Below the pieces are notes generated by a model. It was not told the origin of the DNA. It was given only the letters and a program-made list of their open reading frames with translations, and did not search any database. The translations under genes and the position numbers were made by a program. A stretch of DNA of 64,000 nucleotides from Octopus vulgaris. Taxonomy: Eukaryota. Where the stretch lies: contig OX597827.1 of assembly GCA_951406725.2 (NCBI GenBank), forward strand, positions 35,836,001-35,900,000, written 5' to 3'. Shown piece by piece: positions 1 through 13,260 of the stretch. How positions within the stretch are numbered: the stretch's first letter is position 1; each line of letters opens with the position of its first letter.

Positions 1-335
1 TTTACCTAAGTATCAGTCTGATACTATACTAAACTAACAGTACCTGTATAAGACAATACTGATTTAGCTAATATTGTCAGTATGATACTATATTGACTAA
101 GCTAATAATACCAATTTAATACTATACTGACATGTTAAGTGTTGATATCATACAATGCTGGCTTAACTTTGTTTATCTAGCCAAGATTTATTGATTCTGA
201 AGAGTCAAAACAATATCTACCGATTGTGTCTATCCACTACTTAGTTACAGATTGTGACTTTCTAGTCAGCATCTAGAGATTATATCTATCTAGCAAACAT
301 CTATAAACTGTCTATTCAGTCAACATCTATAGTTT
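1..335. repeat. Degenerate short-period tandem repeats
   Basis: Recurrent gatactatactga..ctaa (~33 bp) followed by tctat.tag.caacatcta units. Confidence 0.45.
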
Positions 336-2039
336 TTAAATGTTTTTGTTAAAATATGGTCACCAAAGGATTACTACAGTGAAAACATTAAAGACATTAT
401 GTAACGTGGAAAAGATAATATTAACTCTATGGTTACTATTACTTTAAATATTTCACCAAGTATGGGAGATAACTTTGGGCATGTTTTGGTTTTAATAGCT
501 CTCCTCAGTGAAACACTGGCTTCATTATACTTGCTGAATTATTGGTGGAAAAATCACTGAGTATTATGTCATTATAGCCGCCAATTTCAAACTGAATATC
601 TACGTAAAAAAAAAAAAGACTGTTCTAGTTCCAAAACACTATCATATACAAACCAGAAAATGGACCTCCACATATTTACTCAATCTGCTAGAAATAACTG
701 CCAATATTTTTCAAATAACATCCAACTGTTTTAAAGAAGGTCATGCGTCTCGAGGAACACTACACCTGGAAAAAAACAATGGAATATCGTCGATCTTAAA
801 TCAACTCAAAGTTGTCTTAGGACTAATTAAGAGCCACAACAATGTACTAATTAGATATCCCTAGCTGCAAAATAACAGCTCGTAGAAGCTTTCAACAAAA
901 ATTAGGGTAAAACTGCTAATAAACTTCAACTGAAAATTAATTTCCATTGATGAAATTTAAAAAATTCGATATTTTTACCAAATAAAGGCTTTTTACCATG
1001 TCAAATTCCCGTTTGTCCCATCTAACCTATCAAAGACTAAATCCATCTAAAGTAAAAAGATATTTTGTTCTATGATGCTGGTTGGGACTGACAGTAAATT
1101 TTGTACGAAGCGGTATTCTTTATTTCATTGAAGTTCATTCTCCCTTCCCCACCTTCTACTCATGTTCCTCAGCTTCTTTCTTTTATAGGTTCGCTGTTTC
1201 TTCTCTCTCAATCTCATGGTTGTTCTGTTTTAAAAATACTTCGTAAATAAAGTACAGATGAGAATGAAAATGAAATAACTTTACGAATTATCACCTTAAT
1301 GGAGAAGGGAGTAAACATTATCCTAGCAAACAACATATTTCCAAAATTTCTTCAATAAATTCTCCTGTCAAACAAAGAAAAATTCCATTGATCACTTTTC
1401 CTTGTACTATGTGTGTGTGCGCGCGCTACAAAATATCAGGTGAGAAGAGGGCTAGTGCTTCTATACTAAACAATATGATAAATATTTTGGGCAGTTTTGC
1501 TGGTAGGAACAGTCAGCTCATAAAGTACAACGTTCTGAAATTTAACTTTCCGAACTAAACTACATCAATTTCCTCCTTCTGGTCAGACTTCGTTAACGAA
1601 CTATGAGCGTGCCCCCTCACCGAGTAATGAAAGCAATTAAAAATGAATAGTCCTAGATAATATAACCTTAAATTGGAAAAGTGCGCGGTACGCTGGTAAA
1701 TTCTTGCTGAAATGGGTCAGCAGCCAGGTTTTGATTCCCTTTTAGCTTACCTTATTACATTAATACCTGACAAAGGCTTGAAACAACACAATCCACATTT
1801 ATCCCTATTCCATAACATTGAGACCTTTTCATTAATTCTAACATAATATTTCCAACAGGCATTGAAATGATAGTGATGGTGGCGGCGCGATGTAGACTGC
1901 CCCAAACTGTCTACACCACCACTACTATAAAAGACAGACGAGTTATACACTTGTAAAAAAAACAAAAAAAACATGAAAACTAGCCTCTCGATAGTTATTT
2001 TATTTCGTTAGCAGTATTAGTTTTGCTAACTTACCCTTT

Positions 2040-2820
2040 ATTTGTTGTAAATTGGTAAGTGTAATAGGCCGGAAGTAAATTCTACATTGCTAGGTAGATT
2101 ATGTTAACGAAGTAGTCAGTGTTAATTGTTACATATTACATTCACCTAGCGAGTTTGAAATGGCAAAAATTAATCATAAAGAAGCGAGACATATCGCTGA
2201 GAAAAAAAAAATTATTACAAAACCCATTCCAGAATATTACATTTCGTTTTTACTTAAGTTGATTATAAAATAAAGGAAATTAGATGGCGATCGAGAATAA
2301 AAGAATTAGAGTAAAGAACAAACATGGAGACGAAAAGGGGAAAACGGTAAGGGGAGAAAGAATAAAATACAGTGGAAGACAAATAGAGTAAATGAAGCGG
2401 GTGAACAGACAGATGGGTGAGGTAAGAAAATGAAGAGATGTGAAGAAAGATAAGCGCGAGTAAGGAACAAAAGCGGGAAAGATGATGTCAAAACGAGAGA
2501 GAGGGAGAGATTGAAGCTGAAACAAAAGGAAAAGGATGGGAAACGTAAGTAGAAAGGGGGACTTTTTCACCGCTTACACCGGGTCGCATCAAATTTTATC
2601 ACCCGCAGACAATGGTACGGAGGAACTGGCGCTGTAGTAATTCGTTCTGCGACTACTTGGTGACGCGATCCTAGCTGACGCTTGGTTATCCCTCCCCCAA
2701 CGTTGTGTTTGTCCTGGTCGGGACTGTTTATGGTGTGTCAGCGGGCCAGCAACCGACCGCAGCCAAACTGGCTCTCTTAGCAACGGCCCCGCCTCTCTGT
2801 AGCCGAAATACTAGTGAGTA
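2040..2820. promoter_or_regulatory. Candidate CpG-enriched, possibly bidirectional promoter / first-exon region
   Basis: ETS-type CCGGAAGT at 2069-2076, YY1-like AGATGGCG at ~2282, GC box GGCCCCGCC at ~2785, local CpG enrichment 2570-2820, + strand donor motifs GTAAGT (2055, 2545) and GTGAGT (2814), minus-strand donors at 2034 and 1750. Confidence 0.5.
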
Positions 2821-2990
2821 CTTACAATTAGTTCCTTCATTCTAACACATTCTCGGCAGCACGTCACAGTCGTTTCCTGCATGCATGTTTCCACTTAAAT
2901 TAAAAAAGAAAAAACAGAGAGAAGCAGTTAAAGAATATATATATATATACACATACTAAAAGTACACGCGCACACACGCATACATGTATG

Positions 2991-3022
<32 letters not shown>

Positions 3023-3653
3023 TACATATAGCAAGTATGGTTGATTACGAGATAAGGAGATTTGAATGTATAAGAAACATAGGTTTTAAAATATTCTTAT
3101 TTCTTCCTTCGGATTTCAAAGACAAACAGACACGGAAAAATTTACACCTTGGCAAATAAAACGCTAATATTTATAGCCCTTTTATTTTAAAATATTTCAG
3201 TTGTTTGTTTTCTACACTTTATTTGTGTCTTTATTGATATTACTTTGTTAAAGAAATAATAGTATTTGAGAAATGTCGGCAGTAAGATTCCGAAGGAAGT
3301 CTTTGTGAAAGAGGTGGGGGGCATATTAAAAATAAATAAATAAAAATACATAGACTTCGGTGTATATTTGTGCGTCTGATCGTATAGATTTTTGGAAATC
3401 CTGTATTCTCTCCCACCACATCTGTTCACTGCTGACCCATATCTTTCGATTTTCGGCGTAAGAGGGTCTGTGCAAGAAGAAATATATAAAGGAAACAAAT
3501 TAACGAAAAGCTTACACTAATGTCTTCTGTAAGAGTACAAAAGTGTGTACATGTGCTGTGTTTTTTAACAAAAAGTTATATATATTCCTTTATATGTATA
3601 TAATATATATGCACGCGGGAATTTTATGTATTGTGTATATGTACGCGTGTGTA

Positions 3654-3700
<47 letters not shown>

Positions 3701-4679
3701 AAATACAAGTGTTTTCTTGGATGTAATCATCCCTTCAAGAGGTTATATCCATATTGAATTGATGTATGTATTATATGCATGTGTATAAATAGTCATTATA
3801 TAACTACATGCGTTTGTATGTTTTTGTATATATCCATGTACGTTTGCGTGTGTATTCTGTTACATGTAAATATTACTAAAATCAATCTTTAAAGTGTATT
3901 TATTAACTGATTTGTGTGTATATAAACCTCAAGAGGAAGAGAGTGGTTTAAATTCTGTAGAGACTATTGATTTATGTAGATAAATTTTTCACACATAGAG
4001 CTGCAAAAGAGCAACTTTTAGGGTTTGCTTTACCTGCTGAACGACAGTTTGTACTTTGTCACTCGTAGCGGGTTGCGCCCGTGCTCGAAAGAGAATATTC
4101 TTCAGTCGCCGGATCCACTAAAAGGGTACCTCAAAGCGTTATACTTCACAACGTCAATCAGCGGCAGAACTATAAAGGAAATTCTGCATTAGTTCGTCTC
4201 TAACCAGTCTTGCTACGAAATATATTGATGGAGTCCTTACTGGTATCCCGATGTCAATGGGTTATTAAATTATGTATTTGAATTGTAGTCTTTATACTTA
4301 TGTAGCTATATGCACACACAAAAGATTACCGTTGGGTTAAATAAATTACTTCTAATGTAAAATATATCTATAAGTTTTAGCTAATATTCTATGTGATACA
4401 AAGGTATAAACATTTTGAATTTATGCACGCTATGTTCCTGGACAGAAAAAGTAATGTGCTGCATAATCTGCATGCCAAGAATGTGTGATATATGAAAATT
4501 GGTTTCTTTCATTTATTCGAGCCCTTACCAATAACTAGTTTAAAAGCTGTCTCTTCGTAGTCAAAGGCAGTGTCATTAACTGAAAATATCTCAACACAAT
4601 TCAAATTACTTCGATTATCCCACTTTTTCTGCCCGCTGTGGTGTTTGGAATAAAGACAATGTGTTTATGTCTATCAGTT

Positions 4680-5165
4680 ATTTAGTATTAAGTACGTATG
4701 TGTAATATAGGAAATGTATGTGTAGACATATATATATATATACATATACACGTGTGTATATATATATATTTAATATTAAGTACGTATGTGTAATATAGGA
4801 ATTGTGTGTGTATGTGTAGACATATATATTTATATATATATACATATACACGTGTGTATATATATATTTGTATACGTGTGTATATATATATATTTGTATA
4901 CATGTGTATATATATATTTGTATACGTGTGTATATATATATTTGTATACATGTGTATATATATAATTGTATACGTGTGTATATATGTATATACATATTTG
5001 TATATATGTGTATATATATATTTGTATATGTGTGTATATGTGTATATATATATTTGTATACATGTGTATATATATATTTGTATACGTGTGTGTATATATA
5101 TTTATTTACGTGTGTGTGTGTGTGTGTATTTGTACCTATACATATATACACATGTATACATATTT
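4680..5165. repeat. Compound (TA)/(TG) micro/minisatellite
   Basis: tatttgtatacRtgtgtatatata units; similar tracts at 21530-21640, 22015-22270, 58730-59210, 59900-60350. Confidence 0.9.
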
Positions 5166-5170
5166 AGAAT

Positions 5171-5463
5171 TCATTTTTCAGGACTCAAAGCACACACAGA
5201 GTTAAATAATAGCATGTAAATATTGGGCTGAAGACCCCTTTTGGATATGAAAAAAAGTTCTTCCTGTGAAACTTGAACCCTCATCTCCTGTACACATGAC
5301 AGGCATTCTGCCACTCATTTTTCAGGACTCAAAGCACACACAAAGTTAAATAATAGCATGTAAATATTGGGTTGAAGACCCCTTTTGGATATGAAAAAAA
5401 GTTGAAGGCTTCCTGTGAAACTTGAACCCTCATCTCCTGTACACATGACAGGCATTCTGCCAC
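5171..5463 (+). repeat. Tandem duplication (144 bp + 149 bp)
   Basis: tcatttttcaggactcaaagcac...ggcattctgccac at 5171-5314 and 5315-5463. Confidence 0.95.
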
Positions 5464-5478
5464 AAGCAACCTTTGACT
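5405..5478 (-). pseudogene. tRNA-like sequence (pseudo-tRNA or SINE head), partly duplicated at ~5250-5314
   Basis: A-box-like GCTTGTGGCAGA, stem-loop CCTGT-CATGTGT-ACAGG, B-box-like GGTTCAAGT; acceptor stem does not pair. Confidence 0.4.
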
Positions 5479-5659
5479 TTTTCTGTCCGACAGGGTTTTT
5501 CAACCCACTATTTACATGCTATTACATATAACTTTATATATGTGCTTCGAGAATTTCAAAAAAGAATTAGTTCATGTTCTCTCAAAAGTTATGAAATTCT
5601 TCTGATGTTATATTTATCTGTATACAAATATATATATGTGTGTGTATCTATATCATTTG

Positions 5660-5856
5660 TCTTTTATTTGCTTCAGTCATTAGACTGCAGCATGCTGGAA
5701 CACCTCCTTGAAGAATTCTTAGTCAAAGGAATCAGCTCCAGTCCTTAATATTTTTTAAAAACCTGGTACTTATTTTATCAGTCTCTTTTGCCGAACCACT
5801 AAGTTATGAGGAGAGATAAACACACCGACACTAGCTATTAAGTGGCGGTTGGGGAC
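5660..5856 (-). mobile_element. tRNA-derived octopus-type SINE, 3' half (5' half at 10152-10285)
   Basis: Matches the intact copies at 60127-60517 and 62918-63277. Confidence 0.8.
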
Positions 5857-6439
5857 TCTATCTTCTATTAAATTGCTGTTTCATTAAAATTATGTTTCGC
5901 AAAAATCCCAAAAGAATTATCTCTCTCCCCTTTCATGCTCTACCCTAACACTGGCATTGTCTCTCTCTCTCTCTCTCTCTCCATGTTTCGATAACCATTT
6001 GCTTCTCCAATCACTTACCTCCTCCTCCACCATCCCACTCTATATAAACCTACTCTCTTGGATTCCTACTACATTTCAGTAACCCCGCCAAAAGAACACA
6101 AACCCAGAAGATGTTGTTCAGATAAGGAATCTTGTTTTTTTTTTTTAACTCAGTACATCTATCACCTCTATTTCAGTGCAGATCATAATCCCCTCTTAGT
6201 CCTGTAAACATAGTTTTCATCTTCCGTCTTAAAAACAAACTTAAGTTCACACAAATACCCTTGTTGTCACTTATTCATACATCTATTTACTTTTGTCACA
6301 TTGTAAATTATTCATTTCTCTAATTTTTCTGTCACAGATTGGCTGACCAAAAAGTCTAAGAATTTTAAATTCTGTCTACTATTAATATGCCATTCCTAAT
6401 ACCAGTATTGCTATTTCGCAGTTCGCCCGCCCTCCCGCC

Positions 6440-9400
6440 CCCACCACCAGTACCAGACGTCCATATCCTCTGACAGCCTTCAGTTGTCTCCCATGAAGAC
6501 TTCTGAAGGCTTAATCCCATCCCCACCCCTACTTAGGCTCTATCTCCTATGTAAGGTTGTGATCATATAGTACATAAAAATGATAGTGTAGTGTATGCAG
6601 GTTGAAGTCTGTTGTTTGTTTATGAATTCTGCCAAATGTGAGCTTTCTTTTCAGGTACAAGACACTGCTGTCCCCCATCCCAGGGTCACACGGGCCCACA
6701 CCTCCACACCCTCGGGGTTGGCACAGTGAAAGGTAGGTCTGGTGAGATTGTTGAGATGCTTGAATGGGGATGTGTAGATTAGCACTGCATCCAAGATGTA
6801 AGGTGGAGAGAAGACTCTGCTAGGTTTCTCACAGGCAAAGAACATAGATACAAGATCTTCTGGGCAGGGAACACTGATGGGATTGGGAGCGTGGGTATAC
6901 TTCTTGCAGAGAAATGGGTTGATAAGGTAATCGAGGTCGTGAGAGTCTGCAATAGAATACTTAGGATTAGATTAGTACTACATTATGGGTTAGCTACCAT
7001 TATCTTAGCCTATGCCCCTCAGCCAGGGCTACCTGATGGACAGAAAGACCAATTTTATGACACTCTCTTGCTAACTACATCGTCGACGAATGACAGGGAC
7101 CTTCTCTTTGTGGCTGGTGATTTCAATGGACATGTTGGACAACATGCAGGGGCCTTCCATGGCATACATGGAGGCTATGGTTTTGATTCCCACAATGAGG
7201 AGGGAACCAGGCTGCTGGAGTTCTATGATGCAAATGATCTTGTGGTTTGCAATACTAACTTCAGGAAACCTACCAGTCACCTAGTCACCTACCGATCTGG
7301 TAGACACACTAGTCAGATTGACTACATCCTCACCAGGAAAAGGGAAAGAGGGCTACTTATAAATGCCAAAACCTTCCCAGGCGAAGAATGTACCCCGCAA
7401 CATAGACTGGTAGTTAGTGACTTCAGGATCAGAGCTAAATGGATGCCCAGAAGATGACCAGCATTGGAGGAGAAGGGTCTGGAAGCTTAAAGATCCTGTG
7501 AATGGACAGAAATTTTGAAACATATTACTCAAAGCTTTTGACGAAATAGAGGGGGATATAGCATCACATGACATGGAAGACAACTGGAGGTTTCTACGGA
7601 ACAACCTGCTGAGGGCCACTGACCAGATCTGTGGATGGTGCAAAGTCCCCCCTCGACCCAAGGTAACATCGTGGTGAGACAATGTTGTTGACAGGGCCAT
7701 TAGAGAAAAGAAACAGGCTTGGAAGAACGGTGGTGGCAGGGAATCATATCAGACTGCCAAAAGGGAAGCTAGGAGACAGTTTATTTAGCTAGGGGCAAAG
7801 CAGATAAAAAATGTGCCGTGAGGACCAAAGACTTAAGGTATTCTATGCTGCGAGACAGTGTGTGAGAGAGAATCGTGATGTGGTAAGAGAGAAATGTATT
7901 TGCATGGATGATGGTTCACTTGCTTTAAACGAGGCTGCAAAGAGAGAGGTATAGAGACGCCACTATGAAAAGTTGCTAAATAAAGAGAATGAAATGGGAG
8001 AAAGAGAGCCTGCCAAATGCCGACCCAACAGAGGGACCAGCTATCCGAATTGACAGTGCCTTGGTAGATAAAGCAATTAAGGTTATGAAGACAGGGAAAG
8101 CCCCTGGCCCATCAGGAATCACTGCAGAGATGCTCAAAATATCTGACAGTGTTGGCTATAGCCTAGTCACCCATATAGTCAACCAGGTGATATATGAATT
8201 TGTCACACCCAATGACTGGTGTAGCAGCACCATAGTCTACTGCTACAAAGGTAAAGGTGACGCATTAGATACAAATAATTACAGAGGTATCAAGCTGCTG
8301 GATCAGGTAATGAAAGTCACAGAAAGGGTTGTAGCCCAACTAATTAGGGAGAGGGTCAATCTAGATGAGATGCAGTTTGGATTTGTGCCAGAGAAAAGCA
8401 CCACTGATGCTATATTTCTGGTAAGACAGCTACAGGAGAAATACCTAGCCAAAGATAAACCCTTGTACCTAGCTTTCGTTGACATGGAGAAAGCTTTTGA
8501 CAGGATCCCCTGATCCCTTATTTGGTGATCAATGAGGAAACTAGGGATATATGAATGGTTAGAGCTGTACAAGCCATGTACAGGGACACTGTCAGTAAGG
8601 TGAGGGTTGGCAACGAGTACAGTGAGGAATTCCAGATAGAGGTAGGAGTCCTCCAAGGTTCAGTCCTCAGCCCCCTCCTATTTATCATAGTCCTCCGGGC
8701 AATAACAGAGGAATTCAAGACAGGAGGCTCCTGGGAGCTCCTCTATGCTGATGACCTTGCTCTAATTGCTGAGTCACTATCAGAACTAGAGGAGACTTTT
8801 CAAGTGTGGAAGCAATGATTAGAATCAAAGGGCCTTAGAGTCAACCTAGCTAAAACCAAATTCCTAATAAGTAGGAAGGTAGACAAATCACAAATCCCTT
8901 CAGGTAGATGGTCTTGCTCGATCTATAGAAAAGGTGTAGGTAGAAACTCTATAAGATGTACCCAGTGTAAGCTATGGACACATAAGAGGTGCAGCGATAT
9001 CAAAGGAAGGCTAACTGGGAAGATAGTTTTTATATGTGGCATATGCTCAGGAGCAATAAGCACTGAAAATATGCAGAGAACAACTTCTGTCACATTCCAG
9101 GGAGAAAAACTAGAAGTAGTTGACAGCTTCCATTACCTAGGTGACCAAGTCAGTATTTGGGGTGGATGCTCTGAATGTGTAGCTGCTAGAATAAGAACAG
9201 CCTGGTCAAAGTTCAGAAAGCTCCTACCTCTGCTGGTGACAAAGGGCCTCAAGCTCAGAGTAAAAGGTAGACTATATGATGCATGTGTACAAACAGCCAT
9301 GCTACATGGCAGTGAAACATGGGCTGTGAGTGCTGAGGACATGCGTAAGCTTGCAAGGAATAAAGCCAGAATGCTCCACTGGATGTGTAATGTCAGTGTG

Positions 9401-10152
9401 CATACATGACAGAGTGTAAGCACCTTGAGAGAAAAGTTGGACCTAACAAGCATCAGATATGGTGTGCAAGAGAGACGACTGCACTGGTATGGTCATGTGG
9501 TGTGAATGGATGAGGACAGCTGTGTGAAAATGTATCACACCCTAGCAGTTGAGGGAATCTGTGGAAGAGGTAGACCCAAGAAGCACAACCTTCAAACATT
9601 GGGCCTCACCAAGGCAATGACTAGTGACCAAGACCTTTGGAAATATGCTGTGCTTGAGAAGACCCGGCTAGCCAAGTGAGACCATAACCTGTGGCCTATG
9701 CCAGCGGTGTAACCAGCATACTTATGCGTACCTTTCTTTCATTGGACACTAAACTTTGCTTGCGAAGACCTGTTGAGGCAAGTGAAATCACAATCAAAAT
9801 CAAATTCACTGACGTAGCCAATGACAGCACTGCCTGACTGGCACCCGTGCCAGTGGAACATTAAAGCACCATCTGAACATGATCGTTGCCAGGACAACTG
9901 ACGGGCACATAAAAAGCACCATTTGAGTGTGATGGTTACCAGCGTTGCCTTACTGGCCCTCGTGTCAGTGGCACGTAAAAAGCAACCACTACACTCTCGG
10001 AGTGGTTGGCGTTAGGAAGAGCATCCAGCTGTAGAAACTCTGCCAGATTAGATTGGAGCCTGGTGCAGCCATCTGGCTTGCCAGTCCTCAGTCAAACTTC
10101 CAACCCATGCCAGCATGGAAAGCAGATGTTAAACAATGAAGATGATGATGAT
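6440..10152 (+). mobile_element. Near full-length decayed RTE-clade LINE (APE endonuclease + RT, 3' UTR with internal repeats, (GAT)n tail)
   Basis: ORF pieces with YAPQ, GDFNGH, SQIDY, QHRLV (APE); KAPGPSG, YRGIKLL, QFGF, FVDMEKAFD, QGSVLSP, YADD, YLG (RT); stops and frameshifts; ends in gatgatgatgatg; the 5' UTR may extend to ~5857. Confidence 0.93.
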
Positions 10153-10285
10153 GGGCTCCTTTCAGTTTCTATTTACCAAATTCACTCACAAAGCTTTGGT
10201 AGGTCCAAGGCTGTTGTAGGAAACTTGCCCACGGACGACACATTGGGAATGAACACGGAACCAAGCTTCTTTCCATACAGCTATG
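10152..10285 (-). mobile_element. tRNA-derived SINE, 5' half
   Basis: gggctcctttcagtttc...cactcacaaagctttggt matches the head half of the same SINE. Confidence 0.75.
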
Positions 10286-10420
10286 ATTGTGCCTTCCTCT
10301 CTCCATTGTTTTCTTTCCACTTTTCCTGGGTGTCAAACCAATACACCTTGTTTCTTATACTCTCACCTGTCTCTGTCTTTTGTTTTTTGTACAATTTTGA
10401 ACTGTATATCTATATATCTC

Positions 10421-10616
10421 AAAGTTAGATTAGGCCAGTTTATGGGATTACCTTAGGTTTTACATCCATAAAGGGCTTAGCTTATGGTGTATCACCAGAT
10501 CCCAAAACCTGTTGGCTAAAGGCCTCTCTAGCAAGTTGCCTACATACGCCATAATGGTAAGCCCTTTATGGACGTAAACGTTAAGATAATCCCATAAACC
10601 AGCCTTATCTAACTTT
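10421..10616. repeat. ~70-bp imperfect inverted repeat
   Basis: aaagttagattaggccagtttatgggatta...cataaagggctta vs taagccctttatg...taatcccataaaccagccttatctaacttt. Confidence 0.85.
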
Positions 10617-10674
10617 AATACATACTCCTTTATAACTTAGAGTGCGCTTCTTTTCTCGGATTTATGTTTACGGA

Positions 10675-10725
<51 letters not shown>

Positions 10726-10956
10726 AATGTACATGTGTGTGTGTGTGTGTTAGGTTAGAAAGAAAGTCATGTTGCATATCAAGCTGGGAAAGAAACAAAT
10801 GCTTCTTTGGTCTTAATTGATATATTTAATCAAGATAATAGTTTCCCTCATTATTGATAACATAATTCCATTTATTTGGAAAATTGTTGATCCCTTCAGT
10901 ATAAACTCCTTCAGGTTTCAAAGCAAAGAAACACTGATTATCATTTCTAACCTCTT

Positions 10957-11090
10957 CATAGGCTCAGGAACATGGGGCTCGGGGAGAGCTAGAGCACCGG
11001 TTAAAATTTGGGGTGCTAATGCAAACACTATACACCTTTGATTGGATCTGGGTTTGCACCCACTAAACAAACTTTGTTCTCATGCTTATG
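10957..11090. mobile_element. 134 bp hAT-like MITE
   Basis: Imperfect TIR cataggctcaggaac / gttctcatgcttatg; 8-bp TSD AACCTCTT / AATCTCTT. Confidence 0.65.
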
Positions 11091-11389
11091 AATCTCTTCA
11101 TAATTAATAAATTGTCTTCACTAAGAATAAGGTTACAATAATCTGAAAAGATGATGAGATAGAATAAGGTCAGAAGAGTAAGGAAAATGAGGCAAAACTT
11201 CCATATTTAGTACCATAATCTTTTTCTGAGTGACTTAAGTAATATGTATGCTTGGATTATCATGTAAGAGCAACTCCCTTTTGCAATTGACCAATAAGGA
11301 CTTTTTTCTTTCTTTTTTTTTACAAATTTTTATGCAATGCTTCAAACTGACAATACTTTTCTGCATTGTTTCATTTTGGTTTAACACTT

Positions 11390-11770
11390 AATGATAGATG
11401 ACTCCTTTCATATCCCTCCAAACACTCAGCATAGCCTTTTGGGTGTAATCTTGCAGATGACGCAAAAGTCTCTCAGAGGCTACAGTACCCTGGAAACATT
11501 GCGCTACTGCAGCTGGAGTTGAACACAATATACAGGTGGATTGGGGACAATAACTACAGGTTAATGCTGGAAAACTCCAAGCCCTGCACTACCAACACAC
11601 TGCTGAATGAAATGCAGACAGGATACACTGGCCCATGAGGGTTTGCAATCCCTGAATCAAAGTCAATGTGCAACCTGGACATTGACATGTGTAATGATGC
11701 ATATTATTAATTTGGTTATAAAATGCAGGCGGCTGGCCAGAAGGATTCTCCAAACTTTCAGAACAAGTTC
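11390..11770 (+). mobile_element. CR1/L2-group LINE RT fragment
   Basis: Translates as ADDAKVSQ...LLQLELNTIYRWIGDNN, the pattern that follows the RT YADD motif in CR1/L2/Jockey LINEs. Confidence 0.6.
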
Positions 11771-11779
11771 ACCAGGACT

Positions 11780-12770
11780 TAGTCCCATTTTATTCATCGT
11801 AGTCCTCCTGGACATAACAGGGATTTAGGAATGGCTGCTTTTGGAAACTACTATATGCTGTTGACTTTGCTCTTATAGCGGAATCTGTAGCAGAATTGAA
11901 AATGAAATTCCTGACATTGAGGCAAAACCTGGAATCAAAGGGCTGTAAAGTTAACCTAGCAAAGACCAAAGCTGTAGTTAGCAAGAAAGCAGTTAAGACT
12001 CTCTTTCCTTCAAATAAATGAATCTGCCTAATTTATAGAAAAAGTGTTGGAAGGAATTCCATTCAATGCACCAAGTGCAGTCTGTGGAAATACAAGGTGT
12101 GCAGTGTATCACAGGCAGGTTTACAGAGAAAGTAGTTTTGTATAGATGCATAGGAACAATAAGCACTAAGGACACATTGAAATTAGATTTTTTGAAATGC
12201 CTAGGAGGCGTCATAGAGGTTATAGACAATTTCTGTTACCTAGGTGGCCAAATTAAGTGGGAGAGATGTTATGAAAGTATAGTTGCTAGAATAAAAATAG
12301 GATGAAGAAAATTCAGAGAGCTATTACCTCTGTTGGCAACAAAAGGCCTCTTTCTCAGAGTGAAAGCCAGATTGTATGATGCTTGTGTACCAACAGCTGT
12401 GCTCCATTGTTGTGAGATATGTGCCTTGAATGCAGAGGGCATGCAAAGACTGGAGAGGAATGAAACTTGTATGCTCTAATGGTTGTACTACATCAGAGTG
12501 AAAATGTGTTAAGAGAAACATTAGGCATAAGCATGGTAGAGAGAAGACTTTGATGGTTTAGTTATGTGATGCATATGAATTAGGACAGCTGTATAAAGAA
12601 GTACCAATTGCTCAGTGGATGGAACCTGCAGAAGAGGGAGATCCAGGAAGATATGGGATGAAGTAGTGAGGGCTGATTTCAAAATGTTGAGCTTCACAAA
12701 AGAGATGACAATGAACTAAGGTGCTTGGCGTTATAAGGTTCTTGAGAAGATCCACCCACCTCAGCAAAAC
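11780..12770 (+). mobile_element. Older 5'-truncated RTE LINE fragment (RT C-terminal half)
   Basis: Collinear with 8660-9680: LLYAVD, KVNLAKTK, FCYLGG, KARLYDACV remnants. Confidence 0.85.
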
Positions 12771-12883
12771 TGAATTCTGGAAGCGCTGTGTATTATGTGT
12801 TCTCCACCCAGACATTACGTTAACCCCCACATACACACACACACAATCCTAATGAACCAAACTACATCTCATCCTACACTATG

Positions 12884-12941
<58 letters not shown>

Positions 12942-13260
12942 CTCTGTTCCTGCAGTCCAACAACACTATGTCATTGCTCTCTCCTGTTTGCCCTCCGCCA
13001 CTGTATTATTTTTATCATAACCATTCAGGGATGGTTATGAGCATATTGGGTAATTAACCAGCTGGCAACTTGGAGAATTTCAGAAGGGACTTCCTTTGGT
13101 GGGGATAGAGTTTAATTGTCTGAACGGTAAAGTTAGGATGTTAAATTTTTCTGCTAAGTAGAGTTGACACCTGCTACTCATAGAATGTGCTGGAGCTGAC
13201 TCTATAATAGTCCATTTAATATTATTGTTAGACTCCAAATAGACTTTGAGAGAGTTCTTG

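Noticed and set aside
4678-5219. Many overlapping Y/I/C/V/H/T-rich ORFs (also at 21.5-22.3 kb and 58.7-60.5 kb)
   Set aside because: Translations of (TA)n/(TG)n microsatellites; no coding signal
5405-5478. Functional tRNA gene
   Set aside because: Acceptor and T stems do not pair; kept only as a pseudogene or SINE head
10553-10600. Hammerhead-like pattern in the 10421-10616 inverted repeat
   Set aside because: Core (atggtaa) and GAAA (gtaaa) are both non-canonical; too degenerate to claim
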